DNA of 63,163 nt, filler included, from Octopus bimaculoides (GCF_001194135.2; 10 parts of 9 records of this genome joined end to end with filler, not necessarily neighbours in it), one strand, 5' to 3'. Counted from the first letter of the whole stretch, positions 1 to 11,391 are shown. Notes: generated by a model not told the origin, from the letters alone. Program-made: numbers and translations.

Positions 1-1
1 G

Positions 2-505
2 CAGGTCTTTGAGGCATTTGCATCCCCGTCTATTCCTATCTCTGCCCACATAGTCTAGATGCGTGTCCAAGGTAGCATTCCAATCCCCCACTAAAAGTAA
101 AGGACGAGACGTTCCTAGGAATACTTCTAGACGTCGAAAGAAATCCTGCCTACCTGTTAAAGGTGGTGCGTATACTGATATGAGTCGAAAGGCACACCCA
201 TCGCTGCCATCGACATCCAGAACAACCAGTCTTCTCTCCGGGTCTATGAATACTGTCTTTACTTCGAGATGCAGACTCTTGCGAAAGAATACCGCCGTGC
301 CACTACCACCCATTCTCGACAGACAGGGAGAAAAATAAATGTTAAACTGTCTGCCAGACATGGACGTTAGGGCCCGCGAATCATGGAGTCTGGTCTCGCT
401 TATGGCTATGATTTCTAGTTTGTGTGACTTTATGTCGTTTAGGAGGTACCCTTGTTTCCAAGGGGACCCCAAGCCACGCACATTTACACAGCCAATCTTG
501 AGCAT
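2..505 (-). mobile_element. L1/Tx1-clade LINE ORF2 N-terminus (APE endonuclease); frame is open and runs off the window edge
   Basis: Manual translation from ATG at 505: MLKIGCVNVRGLGSPWKQG...IIAISETRL...FRLISVYAPP...LLLVGDWNATLD. It has no stop in 168 codons and shows the NVRGL, SET, VYAP and GDxN motifs of APE endonucleases. Absent from the ORF track because it has no stop. Confidence 0.93.
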
Positions 506-543
506 AATTCTAATGTGAGTGTTAGAATTTTAAGGAGAGTCAC

Positions 544-885
544 TTACCCTTCGAGAGTTTTTGTCTCCTCCTTCGGGTTTTCTTCGAGGAAATCCTTGTA
601 CAGTTTTTTCGCCAGGTATTTTTGGCATTTGCCAACTGCCTTGAGAAAAATAGATTTTAGTGTGTGGTGCAGGGTTGGTGTAATGTGTAGTATTTTGATG
701 TGTTCTGGCGGTGTCATGTACGGGTGGTTGGTGGTTTTTATGTCTTCGTTTGTTATGTTTTTTTTTGTGTTGATGTATTCCATCAACTCTGAGTTTTTTT
801 GTGTTGCTGGCAGTGAGCATTGTGTGTGTGCTTACTTTTGGGGTTTTGTTGCTTGTGTTGTTGTTGTGTGTGCTTGTGTTAGTGA
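544..885 (-). mobile_element. C-terminal part of ORF1 of the same LINE; 5'-truncated at a (TCTA)n microsatellite
   Basis: ORF 544..786 ends ...EETKTLEG* 38 bp upstream of the ORF2 ATG on the same strand, the usual ORF1-spacer-ORF2 layout. It abuts (GATA)n/(CA)n at about 886-971. Confidence 0.7.
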
Positions 886-2486
886 GATAGATAGATAGGT
901 AGGTAGATAGATAGATAGATAGATAGATTGATAGGCAGACAGATAGACAGATAGACACACACACACACACANNNNNNNNNNNNNNNNNNNNNNNNNNNNN
1001 NNNNNNNNNNNNNNNNNNNNNNNNNNNNNNNNNNNNNNNNNNNNNNNNNNNNNNNNNNNNNNNNNNNNNNNNNNNNTATATATATATATATATTCATAAA
1101 TATACACACACTTGCATACGCGCACACACAGACACACACACATACACACACAGATGAAACGAATTGATATCTTTCAGATTACGATAATTTCTTTTTGGCT
1201 TTTCCAGTTATTTGTACACTGGAATATCCCTACGGCGATGGCATTTCCTCGCTCAGAGTTAAATAAATAAGTAAAAGAGACATCTACACAATCTGTAACA
1301 AAAGTTGGATTGAAAAACGCTTGTCAGATGTACAGGAACATACAAACTGCAGCTCATCTTTTTGTATCAGAAGAGTAACAGGTTTTATTAGACAGAAAAA
1401 AAAAATGGAAATCTCATAACAGAAAGATGATGAAAAACATATTGATGAATGTAAAGAATGGTAGGATAGTCATGACATTATTACCATCATGATTGTCATT
1501 ATTTTGTAGTTGACGTTGTTATTTTTGGTCAACGAAAGCTGCATTAATGCCCACGAGGAAGAGAATATACGTTAAAAGTATGTAATATGATGGACTTTAA
1601 TATATTTCTCCATGTGAAGTACTACTAATACTACTACTACTACTACTACCACCACCTGTATATCCTCATTTTTATCGTTAATTTTATGTTATTTCTATTA
1701 TTCTTCACTGCATTATGAAACGCAGCAAAGCGGGCCTTCAACATCTATACTTGATATTTTACAAGTTTCTATTGTATGGTGTTTTCAGTTCTCTTTTCTT
1801 ATCTTTTCTAGTCTAGATCTTCATATTTAAGTATAGCCAAAATTTCTTCGAAGGATATATATTCCTGAGATACTCTGATTGGCGGTGTGGGTGGTGGGCT
1901 GTTCCTCTTCCGGTGTACCTCCAGGAAAATAATCAGCCATCTAACCTACAATTCCATTTCCATTCCTGGTTTGCATTCGAGATTTTGTTTTCTTATAGAC
2001 TCCCTGCTATTTCTCGTATTCTTCCTACCATCAATTTTCGGCTTTTGTTGCTTAATGCAGGTACAATATCAGCTCTGTTATATATCAGCAGATATATTAT
2101 TCCGACAATAAACTACGCCAGCTGCAAACACAATTTCAATGCCTTGAGACTTGGTTCATCAGGGGACATAAACAATTTTTGGTTTCGTAATACCACACCT
2201 TTTTTTTAGAAATGTAAAGCCTATCATTTCTATCACATTGGCATGGTATTCAGGTGTGTGAATTCTTGTTTTCACAATTTCAGTTGATATTTCTCAAGTT
2301 TTTTATATCGTTCACTGCGATGTATGTGTTTTATTTGCAATTATTTTCTATCTTCCAGCATTTGTTGTAAGAAAAGGAATCAGATTTCTCATATTGTGTG
2401 GTGTGTTCTAATTGAAGTCAATGTTTCGCTGTATTTAGTCATGACTTCTTAATTCATATGTGTATGTGTACATTCATCCCCCACCC

Positions 2487-2542
<56 letters not shown>

Positions 2543-3954
2543 CGGGTACAACAGGTAAATTGAGACATGTTTGAAACTGGTATATTTCTAATTCTATAGA
2601 TTTTGTTTGAGTCTAAATTTTGAATATATCCGGCTTCAACAATCACTTGTCCGATTTTTTTTTTATTCCTGATTGAACATATTATAAATGTTAATAAAAA
2701 AATAAAGAGTATAAGTGTAATTACCCAATTATTCTACGCCGGTAAAAGTGCTGTGAAAAAAGAGAGCAAAAATGTTTGAAGAAAGAATTGTTCATGTTTG
2801 TCCCTAAATATATTCGGCCATTTAGCTGGCAAGATTCCAATTATTGTGACTTTTGGTAGCAGGGTGCTGACAAAACACAATTTCGCAAAACTGTGTGTTT
2901 CACTGACGGCATCGATAAGGCGAGTATTCAGTAAAATGGAACAAAAAAGAGAAGAAATAGTTAAGGCATTGTATCATTTCGTAAACGGATTGCACAGGTG
3001 GTCACATTGAACTGAAGTAGGTGTTAAACACTCAACAATTGGCATAAACATACAACTCGCAGTGTTTGGTTTTTCTGAGAAATACTAATCATAATAAAGT
3101 TAGTTAAATGGTACAAGTCTACCTGTTGCATTCTGTATGCTATTCATTTCCCAATCATGGCTTCTTAGTTCGTTTACTTATATAAATATATGTGTGTAAG
3201 CACAGACACACACACAAACATAGAAACGAACACACAGTATTCATTCGGGTATCGAAAAGGAAGAATCATTCGGGTAATGCAGAGATTTAAATGCAGAATT
3301 TGTTCTATATTCCTGAGAGGAGTCTGCCGAGATAAATTTCGCTTTAATTTTAAAGAAAGTTAAAGAAATTAACAGACCAGTTATGGAATAGATTATGTAC
3401 GTTTCGGTTTGTTGTTACATTGGATCTCGTAATGAATCACCTCAAGACTGCATGTGCCTGAGGACTACGCAGTCGCTAAAATGGTAATTTTACAAATTGT
3501 AATTCACTTAATGGCTTCTTAATTAATTTCCAAATTTTTCATCTTGCTTTCGGGCATTTTCTAATTTGAATCTCAGAATTTTCTCAAGTAAATCCCCGTA
3601 TTGCAAGCAATGACGTTTGCGTTGTTTATCATCTCTAGAATACAACTTAAGGACATGTATATATAAAAGATTAATTTCTCTCAAAATCTCTTCCTCTCCT
3701 AGCAATGGTACTACGAACATATCTGTATTATTTCACAGTGTTTATTAAGGAAATATTTCTTTCATTCAAACTCAAAATTTTTGTTTGCTTCAGGAATTGT
3801 GGTTCCAGTTTCAAAGGATTCGGTTTATATATATGTGTGAGTGTGTGTTTTTGTGTGTATGTAAGAGTGTGTGTTTTGTGTGTGTGTGTATCTGTGTGTC
3901 TGTGTGTACATGTCTGTGTGGCTCTTTGAGAGCATCTATATGACTGTGTTTAGA

Positions 3955-4089
3955 TACGCGAAAGTCGAGATAGCCTTTCGTCCATTCAGGTTCGATAAAT
4001 TAAGTACCACTTGCTTACTAGCGTCGAGCTAATCGACTGGCCCCGCCTCCTCAAACATTTCGGGCCTTGTACCTAGTGTAGAAAAGAAT
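3955..4089 (+). mobile_element. 5'-truncated SINE (family B) with 15-bp target-site duplication
   Basis: Matches the 3' half of other family-B copies (gataaattaagtacca...aatcgactggcccc...tagaaaagaat). ATGACTGTGTTTAGA is present at both 3940-3954 and 4088-4102. Confidence 0.85.
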
Positions 4090-4564
4090 GACTGTGTTTA
4101 GACGAGTAACTCTTGTTTCAATTTTTTTTTATTAGAAAAAGCAAAATTTTCACAGCAAGAATATTTGTCTCCGAAATGAATAGGAAATTCCTGTAATCTG
4201 TTTATATGCGAATTTCAAATTTCGTTTGGAAATGAAAGACACTTATTCAAAAATACTTCAGACCATTAAGAATGTTCTTTGTATTCTTGACGAAATCAAT
4301 TGGGAAATGTTTCGATTGAAAATAATAAATGACGTAATGACAAATATATAGATAATGATATTTCTAAATCTGCATCCGACCGAGGCTGTGGTCAGTTGGC
4401 AAAGGTTCATTATTAAAGTCTCTCTAGTAACATATTGATGTATTTATACATTGTACAGCTGATTCTTTAACCAAAAATACGAATCATAACAATATTGATA
4501 TCCGGTGGGGGTTATAAGGAAAACATAATTCGACATTATTTGACTAGTAATACACATGTATCAT

Positions 4565-5057
4565 AGGCGGTGAGCTGGTAGAAACATTAGCACGGTGGGC
4601 GAAATAATTAGCTGTATTTCGCCTGTCTTCATGTTCTGATTTCAAAATTCTGCGGATGTCGACTTTGCTGCCTGTCATCCTTTCTAGCTCGATAAAGTAA
4701 GTACCAGTTGCGTAATGGAGTTGATCTACTCGACTGGCCCTCTTCCCCAAAATTTCGGGCGTTGAGTAGATAAGATTATGCCTAGAGTAGATAAGATTAT
4801 TTTAAAGCAGCGAGCTGGCAGTAACTTTAGCACACCGGGCGAAATGCTTCGCGGTATTTCGTTTGTTTTTACGTTTTGAGTTCAAATTTCGCCGTGATCG
4901 ACATTCCCTTTCATCCTTTCGTGGTCGATAGATCAATTACCAGTCGCGTACTGGGGTCGATGTAATCGACTTAATTCCTTTGTCTGTCCTTGCTTGTCCC
5001 CTCTATGTTTCCCCCTCTCCCAAAATGTTGGCCCTTGTTCCAAGAGTAGAAAATAAT
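4565..5057 (+). mobile_element. Two tandem tRNA-derived SINEs (family B), 4565-4799 and 4805-5057
   Basis: Head ggcggtgagctggcagaa..ttagcac, B-box-like gagttcaaattt, core gtaccagttgcgtactggggtcgat. Clear mutual similarity and many other copies in the window. Confidence 0.88.
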
Positions 5058-5859
5058 ATATATGTATTGAGTTAGTCAACTTGGTATTCAACATTCAATT
5101 TATTGCAGTCACACACAACACACACAAACACACACACACCCACACACCCCACCCCACCACCACCCACCTATACATACACACACACACAAACTAGATAAAT
5201 TTGAAAGCCAATTGTTTGAAGATATATTTTACAGACATATAAAAGAGACATTTAACTCCACACATTAAAATGTTTAACTTAGGAGAATTTGATCAATATT
5301 GTATAAAAGAAATAGAAATAAGATATATAAAAGAAATAGATATATTCAATATTATTTCTCAAATAAACAAATATATACACTAAATAGGGTTATATGTTAT
5401 TTCTCGAGTGATTTTCCTTAATCACTCTTAGACACATCACATTTTTTATTAATCCAATTTCTTCTAGGTTTCCGCTGAATTATTCTCGTTTCGTAAATTA
5501 TCCGTCTCTAATTAATTACAAGTCCACGGTTTGTGATCCTACGCGAAGCAAGCTAAACTGTATGTAAATACGCTAATTACAGTAATGACATTAACAATTA
5601 TTGCTTGTTAGATTAATAGCAATCATTAATTTATTTTCGAAATTACAGCGAAATTTGTTATCGATTCTGCTACGAAAGAAAATTTAAGAAAATAAAAACT
5701 AACAACAACAATAACTTAAATCTCGATACAATGCAAGATTAAGAAACATCAAGTTTATCTCTAAGTGGAATAATAAATATAATTCTCGCTTGTTAAATAA
5801 TTATTATTTCAAAACTGGCAGTAGGCTACAAATTTATAGTGGATTGATTTGTACCAAAT

Positions 5860-6026
5860 ATTCTTTTCTGCTATAGGCACAAGTCCTGAAATTCTTGGGG
5901 AGGGGGCAGCCAACTAGATCAACCTCAGTACGCAAGTGGTACTTAATTTATTGACCCCAAAAGGATGGAAGGCATAGTTGACCTCGGCGGAATTTGAACT
6001 ACAAGCATAAAGACAGACGAAATACC
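5860..6026 (-). mobile_element. SINE family B lacking its 5' ~45 nt, fused to a Tx1 LINE 3' end
   Basis: Minus strand reads ggtatttcgtctgtcttt...gttcaaattccgccgaggtcaac...aattaagtacc...gcagaaaagaat. Confidence 0.85.
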
Positions 6027-6027
6027 A

Positions 6028-6397
6028 ATTTCTTTATTGCCCACAGGGGGCTCAACACAGAATGGTACAAAACAACTGATTGGGATCAGTAATGCGTATG
6101 GTTTACATAAAATATGACTTTAAAAATTATATAAAATATAAAAAATCGAATGACATTAACAGTACATTAGACAACACAAATTAAACGACGATCAGGCCAC
6201 GCTCCGACCCCACAAGCCCCAATCTATCGCTGGCACCTTTTTTTTTTCTTTCCTTTTTTTCCCTGACTATTCACACGGTTCCTTGCACGCACAACACTCG
6301 TGCAACATGTTTCCATCTCTTTTGGAACGCACACTCCAACAGACATCACCTCTCCAGCCACACTTTCCTTTTCAAATGAAAAGTAAAAAATGAACGT
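6028..6397 (-). mobile_element. L1/Tx1 LINE ORF2 C-terminus and 3' UTR
   Basis: Minus translation RSFFTFHLKRKVWLER*CLLECAFQKRWKHVARVL resembles the Tx1-type C-terminal helix ending in 'F.KRW'. The UTR ends ...ctgtgggcAATAAAgaaat. Confidence 0.7.
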
Positions 6398-6499
6398 ANN
6401 NNNNNNNNNNNNNNNNNNNNNNNNNNNNNNNNNNNNNNNNNNNNNNNNNNNNNNNNNNNNNNNNNNNNNNNNNNNNNNNNNNNNNNNNNNNNNNNNNNA

Positions 6500-6721
6500 C
6501 AGAGGTGCCTTGTCCGTTTGGGATAAGCTTGCAAGACACGGTAAGCGTGAGTCGCCGACCTGTCCAAGATGCGGGAGAGACAGGGAAACCGTCCCTCATG
6601 CTATTGTTCAGTGTCCGGAGATATCTGAAATGTGGGCTTATGCTGAACACCTGTTGTCCGGCGAAGGAAGAGTACAGCTGTCGACTGAGTCAATTATAAA
6701 AATTGACCCACCGGGAGTTTT
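6500..6721 (+). mobile_element. L1/Tx1 zf-RVT (CCHC) segment, inverted relative to the adjacent 3' end
   Basis: RGALSVWDKLARHGKRESPTCPRCGRDRETVPHAIVQCPEISEMW shows the CxxC-x4-E-x3-H-x4-C zinc knuckle of L1-clade ORF2. Confidence 0.88.
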
Positions 6722-6765
6722 NNNNNNNNNNNNNNNNNNNNNNNNNNNNNNNNNNNNNNNNNNNN

Positions 6766-6777
6766 TTAATTAATTAA
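6766..6777. other. Assembly spacer 44N-TTAATTAATTAA-44N; also at 19840, 23501, 31766, 33970, 36315, 43856, 47242, 61003
   Basis: An identical 12-mer with stop codons in all six frames, centred in 100-bp N blocks, nine times. Artificial contig joiner. Confidence 0.95.
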
Positions 6778-6959
6778 NNNNNNNNNNNNNNNNNNNNNNN
6801 NNNNNNNNNNNNNNNNNNNNNTATTTTAAAGTCTGCAGGTGTTTGAAGATGGACTGTAACGTCCTTTTTACTTAGCATGCTTTTGCATGCGAGTAATTTC
6901 TCTTTCGATATATTCAAAATTCTTTTTCTGGGCTTCAAAGCCTCGGCAAAGTTCGTGTT

Positions 6960-7134
6960 TGTTGTGGTGGCGGTGGCGGTGGTGGTGGTATCAGTGGTGA
7001 GGACAGTGGTTTTGTTAGCAAGGACATTTGTGTCCTTGTTGTTGCTGTTGTTGTTGTTGTTGTTGTTGGTGTTGTTGTTGGTGTTGTTTTTGTTGTTGTT
7101 GTTGTTGTTGTTTTCACTGGTGACGGTGGCAGGC

Positions 7135-7182
<48 letters not shown>

Positions 7183-7215
7183 CAGACAAATAGATAGATA
7201 GATAGATAGATAGAT
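6960..7215. repeat. Compound microsatellite (GTG/GTT)n then (GATA)n
   Basis: Direct reading. Confidence 0.95.
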
Positions 7216-7389
7216 GATTCATGTTATGCTTAGAAGCGCTGTACGTTACCAGAATTTCAAACTTAGACGACACTCCAATCCCTTGTAATAGTATTGGTGT
7301 AAATGGAGGAAGGTTTGAGTATCTTGTACAGGTATTGAGTAGTAGAATGTACATATAATAATCAAGTCAAACCAAATAAAGATATTTTG

Positions 7390-9300
7390 AATACATTTAA
7401 TACGTACGTTTCAAAAGCTTTAATCTCACAATCTTATTTGAAAATGGAATTACCATTGTTAATTTTCTTGACCTAACCTTAGACAGAATCTCTCAAACAT
7501 ACTGTCACGGCCATAATCCAAACGAGAACCTACAATATGTCCACAGATTCTTTAATCATCCAGTTTCAGTTAGGAACAGTATAATTAAGACTATATACAT
7601 TAGGGTCACTAATCTTTCTTTCAACCAAAAGATTTCCCAGAATGATGCAGAATATTATAACGAAGCCCTTAAGCAAAATGTTTACGATCAAGTGATGTCA
7701 TATCACGATAACACTAAACATAAGCAAGGTACTTGCACTAATAATCAGACGAGTTGAATTAACACATTAACTTTGGTCTCTTCCACACTTAGGAATGGCT
7801 TTAAGGCAATCCATCAAGCACTAACTACATCTGATGCATTTATTACACTTCATACGTCTGGAAATAGATTACCCACCTATGCATGTAACTGTAGCTATCA
7901 TCTAAGATCGAATAATAGGAAAACTAAACGACGAGAAAGTAGTGAACCTCTGAATGCCAAGCTTCCCATAACTATATCAAACAATAATATATCAAATCCT
8001 GGAGCCAGCCGAAAGCATACAGACACCAGCAAAACCAAACAGCGTTAAATATGCTGGTATAGCCCATCCTTCCTTAGTTTAATAAAACTAGAACCTCTTT
8101 TCTGAGGACCTTTTGTGATTTACAAGAAAAAAATCCCCCATTCATCATAGGTACCACGGTAATTTTAACAGAAAAACTCTTCAATTAACCAACTCTACGA
8201 TCACGAATTTAGAAGCTATCATGACTGCATATCATAAGTACAAACTAAAATATAATTCTATATACCCACCCCTGTTAACCAATATGAGAAAATTAAGCCC
8301 AAATCTCCAATCCAAAAGTCACATTGAAATGGAAGCAATGTCTAACCCATCCACTGTGCTTTCGGGGATAATTTCCCGCAACCGCTGACTCAGATATTAC
8401 CAGCCACCCACCCGCTCACCCCCATAACTTAACCAGACAGTAACGCCAAACATCTCACCACATCCCAACCAGGAACTATAGTTAAAGGAAACCCTATATT
8501 CTATCAACAAACTATGCACTCGAGCACAAATATAATTTCAAACCTGGAAAAAAGTGTCCCTTGAATGGCAGCTGCGCCCAAGCTAACGTGAGGTTTGAGT
8601 GTGTGATAACTACCAGCACCACTATTTAATTCTTACACCGAAGCCAATATTAACAGGATGAAGCTCAGAATCTCAACTCATAGTCATACATTTCGTTAGG
8701 TTAATCTAAAATTACCTACCTCCTTAGGTGAGCATATTCACTCACTCAATTCCCAATATATTAACTCTGAAATTAAATAGTCCGTTCTGCAACGATAACG
8801 AGAGCATTTGAAATACCTACCTCCGCGAGGCCTTGAAAATCTTGTTCGCCTTTTGGAGAAAATTCTTTACAAGCTTAACGGACTAATTGTCATTTGGAAA
8901 CATAAATTAAGATTTACATTCAAGAACTCTATAAGAGAGAATGGATAACACTAACGGACATTTTAAATTTTATGAAATTAGTTACTTATATTTTTCATTG
9001 ACTTCTATTTACATTTTTTCCTGAATCTCACTTTATACTACTTCACACGCCTTTTATTCTCTATTTTATCTTATATTATTTCATTCCTCTTTGCATGTTT
9101 ATTTTTTACCATCATCTCCCCTAGGCCTACTTTCAGCCTGATAGTATTCTATCCGAATTCCCTACACTCGTCTTGTTTTTTCCACCTCATTTACATTTAT
9201 ATATTCTTATTCGTATATTATATACCATATCATATGTAATATACAAATACACATATAAATATATACAATCATATTAAATATATATAGATATGTTTATATA
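7390..9300 (+). mobile_element. Degenerate Penelope-like retroelement (RT C-terminus, GIY-YIG endonuclease, 3' UTR)
   Basis: About 7400-7760 reads FKSFNLTILFENGITIVNFLDLTLD...NLQYVHRFFNHP...YYNEALK. About 8050-8240 reads ICWYSP...NFNRKTLQL..LEAIMTAYHK. About 8540-8790 reads KCPLNGSCAQANV...RMKLRISTHSHTF...LGEHIHSL. These match the conserved Penelope blocks in order, with stops and frameshifts. Confidence 0.85.
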
Positions 9301-9337
9301 TATTCATATGAAATATATATATATATATATATATATA

Positions 9338-9915
9338 CAGGGGTTGGACAAAATAATGGAAACACTTTAAAATTTAAAACAAATTTATTTTAATATGGGG
9401 TAGGACCGCCTTTGGCAGTAATTACAATTTGAATTCTACGATGTATGGATTCGTACAAAGTTTGAATTGCTTCCAAAGAAATTTTTGTCCGTTCTTCAGC
9501 TAAAACAGTCTCCAGTTCTTGTAGTGATGATGGTGGTGGATATCGACTCCTTACTTGTTTTTCTAAAATGTACCATAAATGTTCAATATTATTGAGATCT
9601 GGGGATAAGATGTTCAGCTTCACTAGAATGTTTCTCATGTCATTCAGTAACAATTTTAGCTTTTGTGAATTGGTGCATTATCATCCTCAAAGATTGCGTT
9701 TCTTTCTAGAAGCAGTTCCGCAACCATAGGATGAATTTGATCAGATAAAATGCTTAAATAGTCTTGACTATTAATTATGCCATGAAGGAAAACCATTGGG
9801 CAGCAGATTTCCAAGATATAGCCTCCCCAGATCATCACAGATCCTCCTCCATGCTTAACAGTTGGAAGAAGGCAGTCAGGGTCAAATGCTTCTTTGGATT
9901 TGAAAGCTGGCATTT
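9338..9915 (-). mobile_element. Tc1 (DD34E-type) transposase 3' half with one terminal inverted repeat
   Basis: EAFDPDCLLPTVKHGGGSVMIWG...IFEDDNAPIH and SPDLNNIEHLW...RRIQIVITAKGGPTPY*. TIR caggggttggacaaaataatggaaacac starts at 9338 after TA in a (TA)n tract. Frameshifted. Confidence 0.93.
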
Positions 9916-10230
9916 TTTGCGTGATAGCTGTCTATCACAATATTACCGACGACAAACTTTTATTAAATAAAATGAAAGCAATTTATTACGACAACGAATG
10001 CTGTAAGAAGTTTTGAAGTTTAATTAACTTTAAGTGAAGAAAGTCATGTAAAACATTAGAATCGGCAAAATGAAAAGGAGCACTCCCTAATGAAATTTCT
10101 TTTGGGAAAATTGTCAAAATTTAACCAACTGTACGTTACATTACAAAAAACATGTTGTACGTTATGTTACTGTATTTCAGTTCATATAAATCAATACATC
10201 AAAATTCAAAAACGAAAATTTGTGATATAC

Positions 10231-10440
10231 TAGGGTTAGAATTAAGGTTTAGGGTTAGGTTTTAGGGTTAGTGTTAGGATTTAGGGTGGGTTAGAGTTTG
10301 GGTTTAGGGTTAGAATTAGGATTAGAATTAGGCTTTAGGGTTGACGTTTAAAGTTAGAATTTGGGTTTATTGTTAAAGTTAGTATTTAGGGTTGGAGTTT
10401 AGAGTTAGAAACAAGGTTTAGAGCTAGCGTTTAGGGTCAG
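10231..10440 (+). repeat. Degenerate telomere-like (TTAGGG/TTTAGGG) array
   Basis: Repeated tagggtt, ttagggtt and ttagaatt units over about 200 bp. Confidence 0.75.
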
Positions 10441-11176
10441 ACCGACCAGTAGATGACCTGGAGTTAATCGATTAGTTACATATTTTTAGCGAGCATTTTT
10501 CTAAAAATTTTCTGGAACAAGTAAACAACAAAGTCAGAGCCAGCGTAAAAAATTTATTTCAACATACCAAATTTGGAACTTAATTTTGAAATTTCAAAAA
10601 CTGTGATAGCAAGTTTTCCTGTCTGATAAAATTATGCAAAACAAACATTTGAACAATCGTAAACAAATCAAGAAAGAAAATTCTTGTGAAATGTCTTTAC
10701 CAAAACTTAAAATATAATAACAAGCTGTACGCTATTCTGTAGTAATAGTTCAGTTCAAGTAAACAATGCATTTTTTGAAGCGAAAATTCAAAAACAATAG
10801 TTCAGAATATAGGAAACCTCGTCGAAGGAAATAGGTAAAAAAATTTACACTTTGGCTTGTTGCTATGGAAATCGGTACCAAGATATCTGTGTCTTTTGAT
10901 TAGCTAAATTTACACAAAATATGCAAACTTTAAAAGTTATTAACTTTTTGTTTATTAATTTATGGTAAAAAATGAATATCCTTTCCACAATTAGAATGCA
11001 AAACTGCATCAGTGCACCAAATTTGAAAACAATTGGAACAATTTTTTTTTTTTAATTGGAAATTGTCGCAGTAACAGAAAAGATCGGCTTGTGTTTTTAA
11101 TGAAATTTCGCTTTCATACATTTCCCAAGGGAGTATGTATGTTACCATTATGTTGATAATATTTATGCTTTTGTGA

Positions 11177-11391
11177 AGGTCGTGAGCTGGCAGAATCGTT
11201 AGCACGCTGGTCGAAATGCTTAGCACTATTTCGTCAGTTTTTACGTTCTGAGTTCAATTTTCGCCGAAAACGACTTTGCCTTTCATCCTTGCGGGTCGAT
11301 AAATTAAGTACCAGTTGCGTACTAGGGTTGACCTAATCGACTGGCCCCCTACCCAAATATTTCGGGCCTTGTGCCAAGAGTAGAAAAGAAT
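11177..11391 (+). mobile_element. Full-length SINE family B with probable TSD
   Basis: Complete head to tagaaaagaat tail. aatatttatgc(t/a)tttg is present on both sides. Confidence 0.9.

Noticed and set aside
3523-3720. Short protein-like ORF (also 12626-12850, 14675-14935, 38038-38241, 52195-52410, 61276-61530)
   Set aside because: No recognisable domain and no convincing paired splice sites; lengths are compatible with chance.
6766-6777. TTAATTAATTAA as a recurring homeodomain site
   Set aside because: Always centred in N spacers; an assembly artefact.
10859-10872. RFX X-box-like GTTGCTATGGAAAT
   Set aside because: Imperfect terminal base, in repeat-like context, with no promoter evidence.
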